From NCBI GenBank assembly GCA_024137785.1, contig JAHRHZ010000140.1, forward strand, positions 21,336,127 to 21,400,126: a stretch of DNA of 64,000 nt. The letters run 5' to 3'. Below, in pieces: positions 25,748 through 37,155 of this stretch. The translations under genes and the position numbers were made by a program. The stretch's first letter is position 1; each line of letters opens with the position of its first letter. This stretch comes from Ginglymostoma cirratum. Lineage: Eukaryota. The notes beneath the pieces were generated by a model that was not told where the DNA came from, did no database searches, and worked only from the letters and a program-made list of their open reading frames with translations.

Positions 25748-26503
25748 TCAAGGAGGCAGGGATGAGAGGGAGGCTTGGACATAGGATGAGGCCGGGGGTG
25801 GGGAGATTTTAAAACTAGTGAATTCTATGTTCAGGCCATTGAGCTGTATGCTCCCAAGGCGGAATATGAGGTATTGCTCCTCCAGTTTGCGGGTGGTGTC
25901 ATTGTGACACTGGAGGAGGCCCAGGATGGACATGCTGCCCAGGGAGTGGGAGGGGGAGTTAAAATGGTTGGCTATCGGAAGTTGTTGTTGTTTGTCACAT
26001 ACAGAGCACAGATGCTCTACAAAATGGTCTCCGAGTCTACACTTGGTCTCACTGATGTAAAGGAGGGCACATCGGGAGCAGCAGATACAGTAGGCCAGGA
26101 TGTCAGATGTGCAGGTGAACCTATGTCTGATATGAAAGGTTTGCTTTGGGCCTTGAATGGAGGTGAGGTGGGAAATGTAGGGGCATGTGTAGCATTTCCT
26201 GCGGTTGCAGAGAAAGGTGCCGGATGTGGTAGGGTTAGTGGGAAGAGTGGAGTGGACGAGGGAGTCACGGAGAGAGCAGTCCCTACAAAAGGCATTTAGG
26301 AGTCGGAAGGGAAACATCTCTTTAGTTGTGGGGTCGGATTGTAGGTGGCGGAAGTGGTGGAGAACAATAAGTTGGATGTGGTGGTTGGTGGGGTGATATG
26401 TGAGTGCAAGAGGGGTTCTGTTTTTATTTTTGTTGGGGAGAGGGGATGTGAGTGCAGTAGTGCGGGAAATGCGCAAGATGCAGTTGAGGACATTTTTGAT
26501 CAC
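25748..26503 (-). pseudogene. PLE ORF C-terminus: Cys-rich linker plus GIY-YIG endonuclease
   Basis: PLALTYHP...CNRRKCYTC...LAYCICCSRCALLYISETKCRLGDHFVEH...ANHFN...LEEQYLIFRLGS...GLN. Confidence 0.9.
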
Positions 26504-27049
26504 TGGAGGGGTAAGTTATGGTCCTTGAAATTGAAGGACATCTGGGACCCTTTGGGAAGTATGCAACAGTGGAACTGAATTACTGAGTTTGAGCCCAGAC
26601 ACACAAGTGCCTCTGGCCATAGTGTACATATGTGGAATTCTTCAGTACTACATGACCCATATCACCTCCATAAATTATGGGAGCAAAGTATTACATCCCA
26701 GTAGTCGAAGATCATCACATTGCACGTTTATTGGAGCTTTCAGGTACACCACATCATGTAGCAGGCCATATGATCTTGTAATTGCTCCAAGAGATAGGTT
26801 TCCAGGAAAAGATGTGGGATTTGGAATTTTAAGCACAAATGATATAAATGGAATTCATTACATCATTGGAAAATAGCTTGCTAAGCTCCCAGGCCTTGTG
26901 CCCAACTAATTCAGAGCAGTCCAATTCGACTTGAAAAACAAGGGAACCAGAAATGTGCTGATCATCTTAAGAGAACTGAAGAGGTCTGGAGCATCCTAAC
27001 AGGAGGAAACAGCGCATAAATCTGGAAAGATAGAGAAAAATCCATGGGA

Positions 27050-27360
27050 TTTTAAGAAGGCTAGGCCAGAACTTGTTGGATTATAAGGGGTCAGGATAGA
27101 ACCCACAGGAATTAAGAAGGCTAGAAAAGAGCCTATTAAATTAAAAGGGACCAGAATAGAACAGGAAACAGTCCAGAGATACTATACAAACTAAGCAAAA
27201 TTCCACAGGGCTAAAGATGGCTGAAAAATACTCAGAGCCACTACAGAAAATGAGAAAACTCCTCAGGGACCAGGTGGCTGGGGAAGCTACCTGGTTTTAA
27301 AAAGCTAAAGTCAGGTTAGTGAAATTAAAAGGGGTCAAGGTAGGACCTGTTGATTTCAAA
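27050..27360. repeat. Degenerate ~60-bp purine-rich periodic repeat
   Basis: taagaaggctag at 27053 and 27113; ttaaaaggg.cc/tcag.atagaac recurring. Confidence 0.5.
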
Positions 27361-27799
27361 ATCAGTGAAGTAAATGATCCAAAGATCAAATTAGCAAATA
27401 CTTTTGTTGTTGAAATGAATGACAAACAGGGCAATTCTCATGCGGATAAACCAGAGGGAAAGGCTCAACATAGTGAAAGAGCTGTAAGGCAGGACAGTGG
27501 AACCTCATGTTAATCCGGATTCCCAAAGGATTGGGGCTGTATCACCAGTTGAGCTAAACAAGTCACTACTCCATATGTAAGCTAGCCCTTGCAACAACCT
27601 GTAAGTGCTGCTCCTAACCCCTCCAACGGGCGCTCAATGATCAGTTGTGGGGCCAGAGGGAAGCCAAGAGGTTGGGTCGGGGAGTAGCAGAGGTTGAAAG
27701 AGATCCAGCCTAAATGTGGTGAAGGAAATCCTTTACTTCAGGGATAAATAGGATCAATGAAGTTTTCCAGACATAATCAGAAAATTTGAAACTAAGGGA

Positions 27800-28008
27800 A
27801 ACCAAAAGAACTGTGGATGCTGTAAATCAGGAACAAAAACAGAAGTTGCTGGAAAAGCTCACCAGGTCTGGCAGCACCTTTGAAGAAAACATCAGAGTTA
27901 ACGTTTCGGGTCCGTCCTGACGAAAGGTCACCGGACCCGAAATGTTAACTCTGTTTTTTTCTGCACAGATGCTGCCCGACCTGCTGAGCTTTTCCAGCAA
28001 CTTCTGTT
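27800..28008. mobile_element. Fold-back mini-Penelope element with 15-bp TSD
   Basis: Inverted arms; TSD tttgaaactaaggga at 27785-27799 and 28009-28023. Confidence 0.9.
27917..27950 (+). ncRNA. Minimal hammerhead ribozyme motif
   Basis: CTGACGA-a-aGGTC-accg-GACCc-GAAA-TGTT-aact. Confidence 0.6.
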
Positions 28009-28129
28009 TTTGAAACTAAGGGAGCCTGTATCTTCACTGGATGGACAGGAGAGCTGGCTATCTGAAACCTTAATTCCACATCTAAATGGAGACCAGAGAA
28101 TTTGCCACAATGTCTGAGAAATCTATCTT

Positions 28130-29028
28130 AACCTAGTTTAAAAGCCAGGGAGCCCCTGTCCCTGCTGGATGGCTTGGAGATCTGTCCATCTGACACCCCC
28201 CTCCTCCTATATCTATAGGGATACCAGGAAAGTCCCCAGACAGATAAAGAATTGTCAACATAGAAGCTACTTCATTAGCTAAAGTGACACATCCAGGAGC
28301 ACAATCAAAATCTCTTGATCTCAGAACAGATCAATATACCTACTGGACTGCCTTGCCATATTCTGCTAAAGCTGGTCCATTGTGAGAAACACAACCTGGG
28401 AAAAATCTACTGAATTATTCACACGTCAGAGTCTGGGAAGTGCTAATCTACTCTTAACATCACAGCCTTCATGATTCTCTAGACAGAAGGCCAGATTTCA
28501 GGCTTAGCCTAGCCTGCCCTTCAGTCTCACCCTCTCAGAAACCTGGTATCCTGGAAAAATCCTACCTCTTCCTGAAAACTAGACCAACCACACTTCTCTG
28601 CCTCTGGTCACTAACGGTAGGGATTCTGAAAGATTGGATTTCTGAAAGGAAACTTTGCTGCTCACAGACATTCTAGACTTGCTCAAAATTTCATAAATTA
28701 ACATCCATACTTTGAGTTTTTGTCATTCTTAATTGTGATCTCTTTCCTTTCCCTACTTTCTTCATTCCTTGTCTGCTTGTGTGTGCACATTTGTGTTGTG
28801 ATGCTGAATTTAGGTTTGAATGTATGAATAAATTACACATTTGTCTTAACCCCAAAGTGATTTCATTGCAGGTCATTTCAAAGTTATACTTCACACATAA
28901 AAGGGCTTTTGGGGGTCACACCAAGATGTCTTTCAAAAGAGAATAAATATGTCACAATTACTTCTGATGACAGAGAGGAGAGGAGTTCAGTAAAATGTGT
29001 CAGTTACCTCTTCCTCTTTTCTATTACA
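28130..29028 (+). mobile_element. Possible LTR remnant
   Basis: AATAAA followed by U5-like sequence ending ...attaca; 5' boundary and TSD not found. Confidence 0.3.
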
Positions 29029-29399
29029 ATAGCCAGTCTCTCATGTTTGGGATAATACTATAATTCAAGGAAGTTTAATAACTCCATCAGTGACTACTTG
29101 CCTTCTAGTGTCTATACCTTGAATTACTTCTGAAAATGGTTGTTGGTTTTTCAATAAAAAAACAGAAGTATGACTTATTGAGAGCCCAGGGAATGACTAG
29201 AAGTTCAAGTCTCAACTGCAGTACTGATATCTTGCTTTAAATTTAATTCCACAGTTTCTAGAACTTGATTCGGCTCTCTCTGAAGTCATAAATAAAACAG
29301 GAGAAACAACTCTGAATACAAGATTGCAGTCAAATCTCAGCAAAATGTTCCATTCAGAAATAATAACAAATGCACTTGACTCAAGCTTACCTAGTTCAT

Positions 29400-29540
29400 T
29401 TGGTAACATGCTTGCCTTTGAAGACTGTGGGATCAAAGCCCCACTACAAACTTGAGTGTATGATTAAGAGGAGCACTTCAGTACAATATTGAGAGAGTAG
29501 TGTATTATTGAGGATGCTGCCTTTCACTTGAATGCCCACA
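29400..29540 (+). mobile_element. Deu-type (SacSINE1-like) SINE head remnant
   Basis: gtgggatcaaagccccact...cacttcagtacaatattgagagagt...gaggatgctgcctttca. Confidence 0.55.
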
Positions 29541-31129
29541 GAATAATTTTTACAGAGCTAACAAAACTCATGGGGTTATATTTTCACATCTCTGAACAAC
29601 GTGGGCAATGGCATGACAGTAGTGTAAGTGCAGCGAGAGGAGAGAAATGACGTTCTTGACGTTGAGAGAAAAATCTCTGACTCTCCACATGAGGTTAGAT
29701 GAGAATCTCTCCAGTGAATGGTAAGTCCGGGGATTTGCAGCAAGTCAGTCAGGGAGCCACATGGTAATCAGTTCAGGATCTGGTCAGTCATCCATCAGGG
29801 CTATCTTTCCAAATCGGTCACAGGTTCAGCCATCGTCTGTTCAGGCCGTCTGTTTAGAGATCAGTACTGCTGTGGGCAATTTGGGGAAGTCAATTGTGGG
29901 GTTAAGAGGCAGCATTCTGGGATGCAGTGAGACAATAATTGTTAAACAGAGGCAATTCAACATTGAAGGGTGAAAGATGATAGAACATGAGAGAATCAGG
30001 CTACTGTGGTGGGGGCTGGGGCTATCAATGGACTCCACCACCTTTGCTTTGATGGGGGAAGAGTACATGACTCTACTGGGTAGTATTATGCAATAGTTCT
30101 GTGCTCAGGATGTAAAAGTGGGGAGATGAGGAGTTAAATAAAAGAGTTGGGAGGGAAAGGGGAGGCTTATATCAGGGAGTGCATGTAAAAAAGAACATGA
30201 AGGTTGTATAGGCCAGTACTTAGAGTAACAGGCGGAGTCAGTAATTCACTCTGAAGCACCAGCTGTGTTGTATTCCATCTCCATCCAATTCTCGAATGCA
30301 CAATGAAAATGAAAAATGGGTCCCAGCAAACCCAGAATGGGTGGAGTCAGTTTGTTTTGATTTGTCTGGGGGAGTACACTGCACTTGTATGTAATGTGAA
30401 GCCCTTCACGACACATGTTGTAATAATCTCGGTTTCCGGACTCAAGACATCTGCAGGCACAAAATTCTGTACGTGCACTACAAGCATTGAGAGAAAATGA
30501 AGATTACAAATCCTGGTACAAGCAATCCTGTCTATGACACTGATCATTACAAATTAATTCCAGTAAACTCTGTTAAGCAGAAGTAGTTGATGACCTTTAA
30601 AATGTCACCGATCATCCACAATTCACAATCACATTCCAAGGACTCATAGGCTATACAAGGGCATGGAACTCTATTATTCTCACATTGAACTGTCAGTATT
30701 TCACAACGTACATGCCTTTCTCCAATGATGTAGGGGTTGGGAGTAAAGGTGGTGACAATGTATCAGTAATCCTAATGCACTGACTATTTCCCACTGTATT
30801 TGTGTGAAATGGACTCTGAAGCTTGCATTGCAAGAAGGTGTACCACGTAAAAGGTCAATGTAGAGGCATCCTATTTGCTTCCTTTACAGAGGCCCCCATG
30901 TCTCCTGTATCGAGGAATGGAGAACTGTTACGTGTCACGTGAATGCTATCTGCTCACATTACTAAGGGCTCGGTCTGTTTCTCATATTCCCCAAACAGTT
31001 TCATTGGAACTGCAGCTAACGTGTCCAGCCACAGGACAGGTTATCATAACTGGCTGCTGAGAAACTGGGGAGAAAGACATGCACCATCAAACCCAAGACC
31101 AGCAACAACCTTCAGCAGCTGCTCAACAG

Positions 31130-31900
31130 ATGAAGAAGTTGCAGCAGAAGGTCCCCTCAGGATGTTGAGGAGGTACAGGAGGCCTACAGCCTCTTGTCCT
31201 CGATATAATTCCCACCAAATGAGTGAGGTATAGTGCTGCTGCTGAATGCGAATGTCCTGGGAACCTGTCCCAGGACTGTGTCTTCTGTGGGAGCACTCCA
31301 GGTGCTGGCTGAACACACAGAGCATGGAGAGATCTGTTTCATAATACAGTTGACTTCGTTCACAGAAAAAAGTTCCCTTTGCTCAGTCTCAAGTCACCTG
31401 TGATCGCTGCCACCACATCTTAAAGGCCTGTGCCAGGTATCCCGGAAGCTTCCGTGATTCTTAATAACTCTCCTGTTCCTGCTTCATTTCAAGAGCTGGA
31501 TGCCTGACGAGGATGGTCACTGGGAGACAAGGGCTATCCTCTCCAACTACAGCTCAGTTACCCAATCTGCTAACTGAGGCCATGTGTAGATACAATGCAG
31601 CCCAATCTTCCACCCGAACCATCATGTCGAAGAACATTAACAAGGAGGTCTACGCTTTGATTGGTCTGTGAGGGTCTAGCAGTACACTCCAGACAGATTG
31701 TGCCACATAATCCTTGTAGGCAGTGCCATACACAACTGCAGCAGGCAAAGAGAAGATATGATGGATGCTGCAGATCTAGGAGAGAGCCAACAGTCTTCTG
31801 AGGAGGAAGATGAGGATATTGAGCAAGAGAAGCTTCACTCTCAGCCTGATACAACGTCAGGCAGAATAAGTCAGACAGGATGTACTTGACTGTAGTGAAA
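31130..31900 (+). pseudogene. Harbinger/HARBI1-type DDE transposase remnant
   Basis: Manual translation: CDRCHHILKACARYPGSFRDS, GWSLGDKGYPLQ, CRYNAAQSSTRTI, QYTPDRLCHIILVGSAIHN, acidic tail. Confidence 0.85.
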
Positions 31901-32504
31901 GCACGCCTTCAGGCAGGATTCCAATTTCATGTGGCACCAAGTAAGAGTAGCCTCTGTCGCTTCATTGCTGTAGCTGAAGCTCAAATGACAATTGAGCAGA
32001 CAGATGATGAATTAAAGTGCTAATGTATTAACAAACATGCAATTCTATTTACAATGACATGTCTTCCATGCCACCTGTGTGCCATCAGAAGGTTTTTCTT
32101 TTTCCTGAAACTCCTACTACGTCTAGGTGCTGTGCTTGGTGGACAGAGACTGCTCACTAGTGGATCCATTAGTTTGGTGTTTTGGGCAGATAACCCTGAT
32201 GTCAGTTGTGGCTAGAGGGCCCAGACATGCTGAGAATGTCCTGGCCAGATGCAAGCTCACCCTCCTCAGCTTCAGCTTCCACAGGGTTAGGGGCTACGAG
32301 CTGGCTGGAAGAGGAAGGCTCAGAAATGTCTGGAGGGTCCTGAGTGGAGATACCTGGAGGGGAGGTGGTGTTCCTGCTCCGGCTGTGAACTCGCTGGCAC
32401 CTCCATATCTCTTTGTGAGGGAGGGACACCTGGAGTCAAGGTCAAGATTCTTCAGGCCCTGTCCATGCCCAGCCCCTGTTTATTTCAAAGGCATTGGTGT
32501 ATAA

Positions 32505-32903
32505 AAATAAAGAGGTCTAACTACAACTGTACAAAGGCACTGGTCATAACTTGAGGGATTTGTCAATGCAGAAAGATTGTTTCCCTTTGAGGGAAAGTCT
32601 AGAAGCAGAGGGCATGACCTCAGAATAAGGAGTTGCATGTTTAAGACAGATGATGAGAAATTTCATCTCTCAGAAGGCAGTAATTCTGTGAAATTCTTTA
32701 CTGCAGAGGGCTGTCATATCTGCATTATTAAGTATATTCAAGGCTGAGATAGACAGACTTTTAACCTAAGGGAATCAAGAGTTATGGGGATAAGTAGGAA
32801 AGGATGGTTGAGGAATTTCAGGTCAGCCATGATCACTTTGAATGCTGAAGTGGACTCAATAGGCTGAATAGCCTATTCTGCTCCTACGTAGTCTGGTCTT
32901 AAG
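32505..32903 (+). mobile_element. CR1 3' fragment
   Basis: tctagaagcagagggcatgacctcagaataagg...tcagccatgatc...tattctgctcct. Confidence 0.8.
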
Positions 32904-33599
32904 GTCTTTTGTTTCCCCATTGTCACCACATTGAATGAATTCTTAACATGACCAAGCTTCTACCCGTGTTGTGCAAATCATTCCATCTCTTATCTTCTGC
33001 AGGCACCAGTGGCATCTAAACATCAAACTCCCAAAGACAACAGCCCCTCCAGTCACCATCTCCTCCTCCATCTCAGAGGAAGAAGAAGCCACAGATCCTT
33101 CAGAAGAATCTGTGTCAAAGCTGCCTCCTGCCCATCCCACCAGCTCAGCTACTGGATATTTTAGGTGGAGTTCTTGGCATCTTATCGAGTAACTTTTGTA
33201 AATGCAGTACACTTCATTGACAGTTCCTCTTTGTCTACCCTACTTGTCGCACTCAGAAAAATTTCTACTTTCTGCCATTGGGAATACTCTATGGAGCATT
33301 GTTTCTAGCATAAGAAATACTCAGTGCTGAATTTTCCCAAAATTTAGCTAAGTGTCAGTTCTGAATCATTTTGTAGCGGTTTTCCCTTCATGGCCCTGTA
33401 CAAATATTTTGTTGCCCACTTCATGAAATACGCACTCTATCTCCACAGTGCCATCTTCATGCTTTCTTGTGATCAGCAGTTGTCGAAGAGCTTATTGGTC
33501 TGAGACCTTCTGCCATTCACACCACAAGCACCTTGTTTAAATGCCAGCTGGGCACCACTTCAAATGCGGCAAGCCAGGATCTGCCCTGCATAATTTGTG

Positions 33600-34200
33600 T
33601 GGCAGAGAGTCACACATCTACATTGGCTGATAATACAAAACCAGGTGGAAATGTGAATTGTGAGGAGGACATAGAGAGAGTTGTAAGGAGATACAGGTAG
33701 GTCAAATGGACAAGCACAAAATGGGAGATGGAATTTCATGTGGGAATGTGAGACACTATTCAGTTTGTTCAGAAGAATAAAAAAAGGCAGCATATTATCT
33801 ATTAACTGACGAAAATGCTGATGCTCAGAGAAATTTAGACGTGTTCATACAATGAAGTCAGAAGTTTAATGTGCAAGTAGCAATTAGAGAAAGCATGTAG
33901 GAACACAACTGTATGTTGGTATTTATTGTAAGGAGGTAGGTGTGTAAGAATAAAGAAGTCTTACTACAAACTGTGCAGGGTATGATGAGATCACACCTGG
34001 AATACAGCATGCAAATTTGTTCTCTTATATTTATGAAAGGCTAGCCAACAAAGTTTTATTAGATTTGTCCCTGGGTTGAGAAGGTTGTCCTTTGATGGCA
34101 GACTGAGTAATTTGGAGTTTAAGGAAATGAGTGGCAATCCCATTGGAACACCTAAAGGGTTTGACAGAGTAGAAACAGAAAGCAATCTTCCTCTCACGGG
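33600..34200 (+). mobile_element. Old CR1 ORF2 fragment
   Basis: gatggaatttcatgtgggaatgtgag and cacacctggaatacagcatgc (HLEY-like) motifs. Confidence 0.7.
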
Positions 34201-36057
34201 AAGCAGCAGGGAAGGTGGCTTGTGGGGAAAGGAAACCAGGCAGGTTTGGCATCAGGGAGATGCCTGACAAGTTCCCACTACCCTGGGAATTAAGTTCTGG
34301 GTGTGAAGGCCTTCCCAACCTGTCACCAACTGAGATCCTTAAGAGGCCAATCAACAAGAAATAAAGGCCACTTCATGGTACCATCGCAGTTCCCAGCAGG
34401 TGAGAATAGTGGCAGCCTCCCCCACCAGTATAAGGGAATAGCCCGCCTTCTGGGCTTGGAGGGTGAGGGGATGGCTCAGTCTGCCAAAATATAGGTGCTA
34501 TATTATATATGGATGCAATTTATTGTATAAAATGAAATGGTAAATTGTTCTCCATTGTCCATTTTGTAAACAGGCAAAATAAGAAGACATTTCTTTTTCT
34601 GTCTACTTTTGGATTAGCTAAAGAATGTTCAATGCTCACAGAGTTAAACAACTTAAACTTTGAAATTCAAATTAAAAATGCTGCAGAACCTCATCTTTTA
34701 CACATCAGGGACCTTGCGTTGAAGTCAATCCAGACAGATGGAATGTCCATCTTTCCACTGGAAGTTTATGTGAAGAGTCTCAGCACAGGGCAGGAGTTGA
34801 TAGAAAAAAATGCTGCCAAATTTAGCAGCACCCACTGCTGTCTTTCTCAGAGAGACAGCCAAAATTCAGTGGATAGGAAGGAAATATCACACTGATGCAC
34901 TAAATGCAGATTTCTGAATCAAGGGTTCAACTTCATAACACAGGCAGTTCAGTTTTGCATCTGACCCATTACATCTGTGACTTGAGAGAGCTTGCCATCA
35001 TCACAGGGTGTAAAATGCCTTTTGTAAGTCTGTCATGCTTCATATTGAAAAATGCATTGATGGAGCCAAAATATCCTGCCTCCACCAAAGTTTTGATCGT
35101 CCACATCTATTACTATTGCATTAGCCTGACATATCTAAAGACTGTGGCCAGAATTCAAGAATGCCTACATTAAAACTCAGAAAGCAATTTTGTTTATTGG
35201 AAACAACAATATGCATTTTAGAAGGGCAATCAACTGGAATTTAGACCTCCATTGTCTCCTGTTCAACGTGGCAAGAGAGGAAATGAGGGCGGATTAGAAT
35301 TTAAAGAGAAGCTGTAGAGTTTGTCAATGAATCATTTCAGGTCTTTGTCAGCCAAGATTTGAACACAATCCTGTCAGATGTGACGTAAATGTGCTTTTTT
35401 TCCTACTGACACCTGTTGAAGATCCCAAGTGAAATAAGTTTTTGGAGGCTCAATCTAGCTCCCAGCGGATTTAATCCCACAGTATAAAATTACTCTCCCA
35501 TCAGACCATAGTTGGCACAAACTCAGCAGTTTTACTGAGAAAGCTGTAAGAGTACAGAGTACAGGATATGGAAGGATTTTATTGTAACGGTAGGCATTCT
35601 TGAATTCTGGCTGCAGTTGGTAGGGATAGACTTATGGACGCAGATTGGAATTGACAGGGCATTGCAGGTTCTGACCTTTTCTGTACCAGGGTGGCAGACA
35701 GTCTGGGTTAACAATGGATAAATCTTCTTCAAAACAAAATTCAAAGAATATTAGCAAATCTCTTCACAATTTCACTGCAGAATTGCAACTCTCTCTGAGT
35801 CCTCAATGCTATTCCCAAGGGTAAAAATGGGAAAGAGAAAAGTAAAAAATAAGAAGTTTCATTTGTCATTATGATGAGCACACGTGTTAAACATATTTAC
35901 AAAATATACGCAGTAACCTTGTTTTCTCAGTTCTCTGGTGTATTTATTTTGAAGCTATGAGAGACCATCTTTAACCTAGTTCTCACAGCAATTATTTTTT
36001 AGGCATCATTCAATAAGATAGTAGTTTTCCTTCTTCAAATACATTTGATTTTTAATA

Positions 36058-36638
36058 ACAAGCATGGGGCTGGATGAACACAGCAGGTCAAGCAGCATCA
36101 TAGGAGCAGGAAAACTTGACGTTTCGGGCCTAAACCCTTCTTTAGGCCCGAAACGTCAAGTTTNNNNNNNNNNNNNNNNNNNNNNNNNNNNNNNNNNNNN
36201 NNNNNNNNNNNNNNNNNNNNNNNNNNNNNNNNNNNNNNNNNNNNNNNNNNNNNNNNNNNNNNNNNNNNNNNNNNNNNNNNNNNNNNNNNNNNNNNNNNNN
36301 NNNNNNNNNNNNNNNNNNNNNNNNNNNNNNNNNNNNNNNNNNNNNNNNNNNNNNNNNNNNNNNNNNNNNNNNNNNNNNNNNNNNNNNNNNNNNNNNNNNN
36401 NNNNNNNNNNNNNNNNNNNNNNNNNNNNNNNNNNNNNNNNNNNNNNNNNNNNNNNNNNNNNNNNNNNNNNNNNNNNNNNNNNNNNNNNNNNNNNNNNNNN
36501 NNNNNNNNNNNNNNNNNNNNNNNNNNNNNNNNNNNNNNNNNNNNNNNNNNNNNNNNNNNNNNNCTGCTTGACCTGCTGTGTTCATCCAGCCCCATGCTTG
36601 TTATCTCGGATTCTCCAGCATCTGCAGTACCTTTTATC
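36058..36638. mobile_element. Young fold-back mini-Penelope element spanning an assembly gap, 14-bp TSD
   Basis: Arms perfectly complementary where visible; TSD tttgatttttaata at 36044-36057 and 36639-36652. Confidence 0.9.
36164..36563. other. Assembly gap (400 N)
   Basis: Run of N. Confidence 1.
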
Positions 36639-37155
36639 TTTGATTTTTAATATTTGCTTTTGAGCTGTGAATAATGTTGACAGAACAACATTTGTTGTCC
36701 ACTCTTAGTTGCCCTGAGAACATGATGGAGAGCTGCTTCCTGATTATGCAGTGATTGTTTTTACAATTCATTTCACATGGAGTTAAGAGTCAAACGTGCA
36801 GTGTGGGACTCACAGTATTATTTATACACTCAATCAGGTAGAGGTGGCAAATTTTCTTATTGGAGGAATGTTACTGAATAATTAAGTTCTCCCAGAAATT
36901 TTCTGATGCCTGTCTGAAGATGCCCAAATTTTCTAAAATGTATTCATAACATATCCAGGATGGTGTTATGGAGGGATGACCTAGGTGTTTGACTTATTGG
37001 AAATTACAGGACCAAGGACTTGTTAAAAGCCTATTACCAACTTGAAAATTTGACTAAAGAAATAGCTTTAGGTTGTTGTTGTGATTAACTGCAAACTGCT
37101 GGTTCAATTTTGTAATCATGTGTCTCAAAGTTCATGGGGTCAAGAAGGACGCTGT

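Larger units (their letters stand above)
25490..26505 (-). mobile_element. 5'-truncated Penelope-like retroelement (Neptune-type)
   Basis: GIY-YIG endonuclease ORF end, pyrimidine-rich 3'UTR, terminal hammerhead-containing segment. Confidence 0.9.

Noticed and set aside
25874-26578. Plus-strand ORFs over the Penelope element
   Set aside because: Antisense shadows of the GIY-YIG frame
36064-36663. ORFs of 147-199 aa in the track
   Set aside because: Artefacts of translating through the N gap
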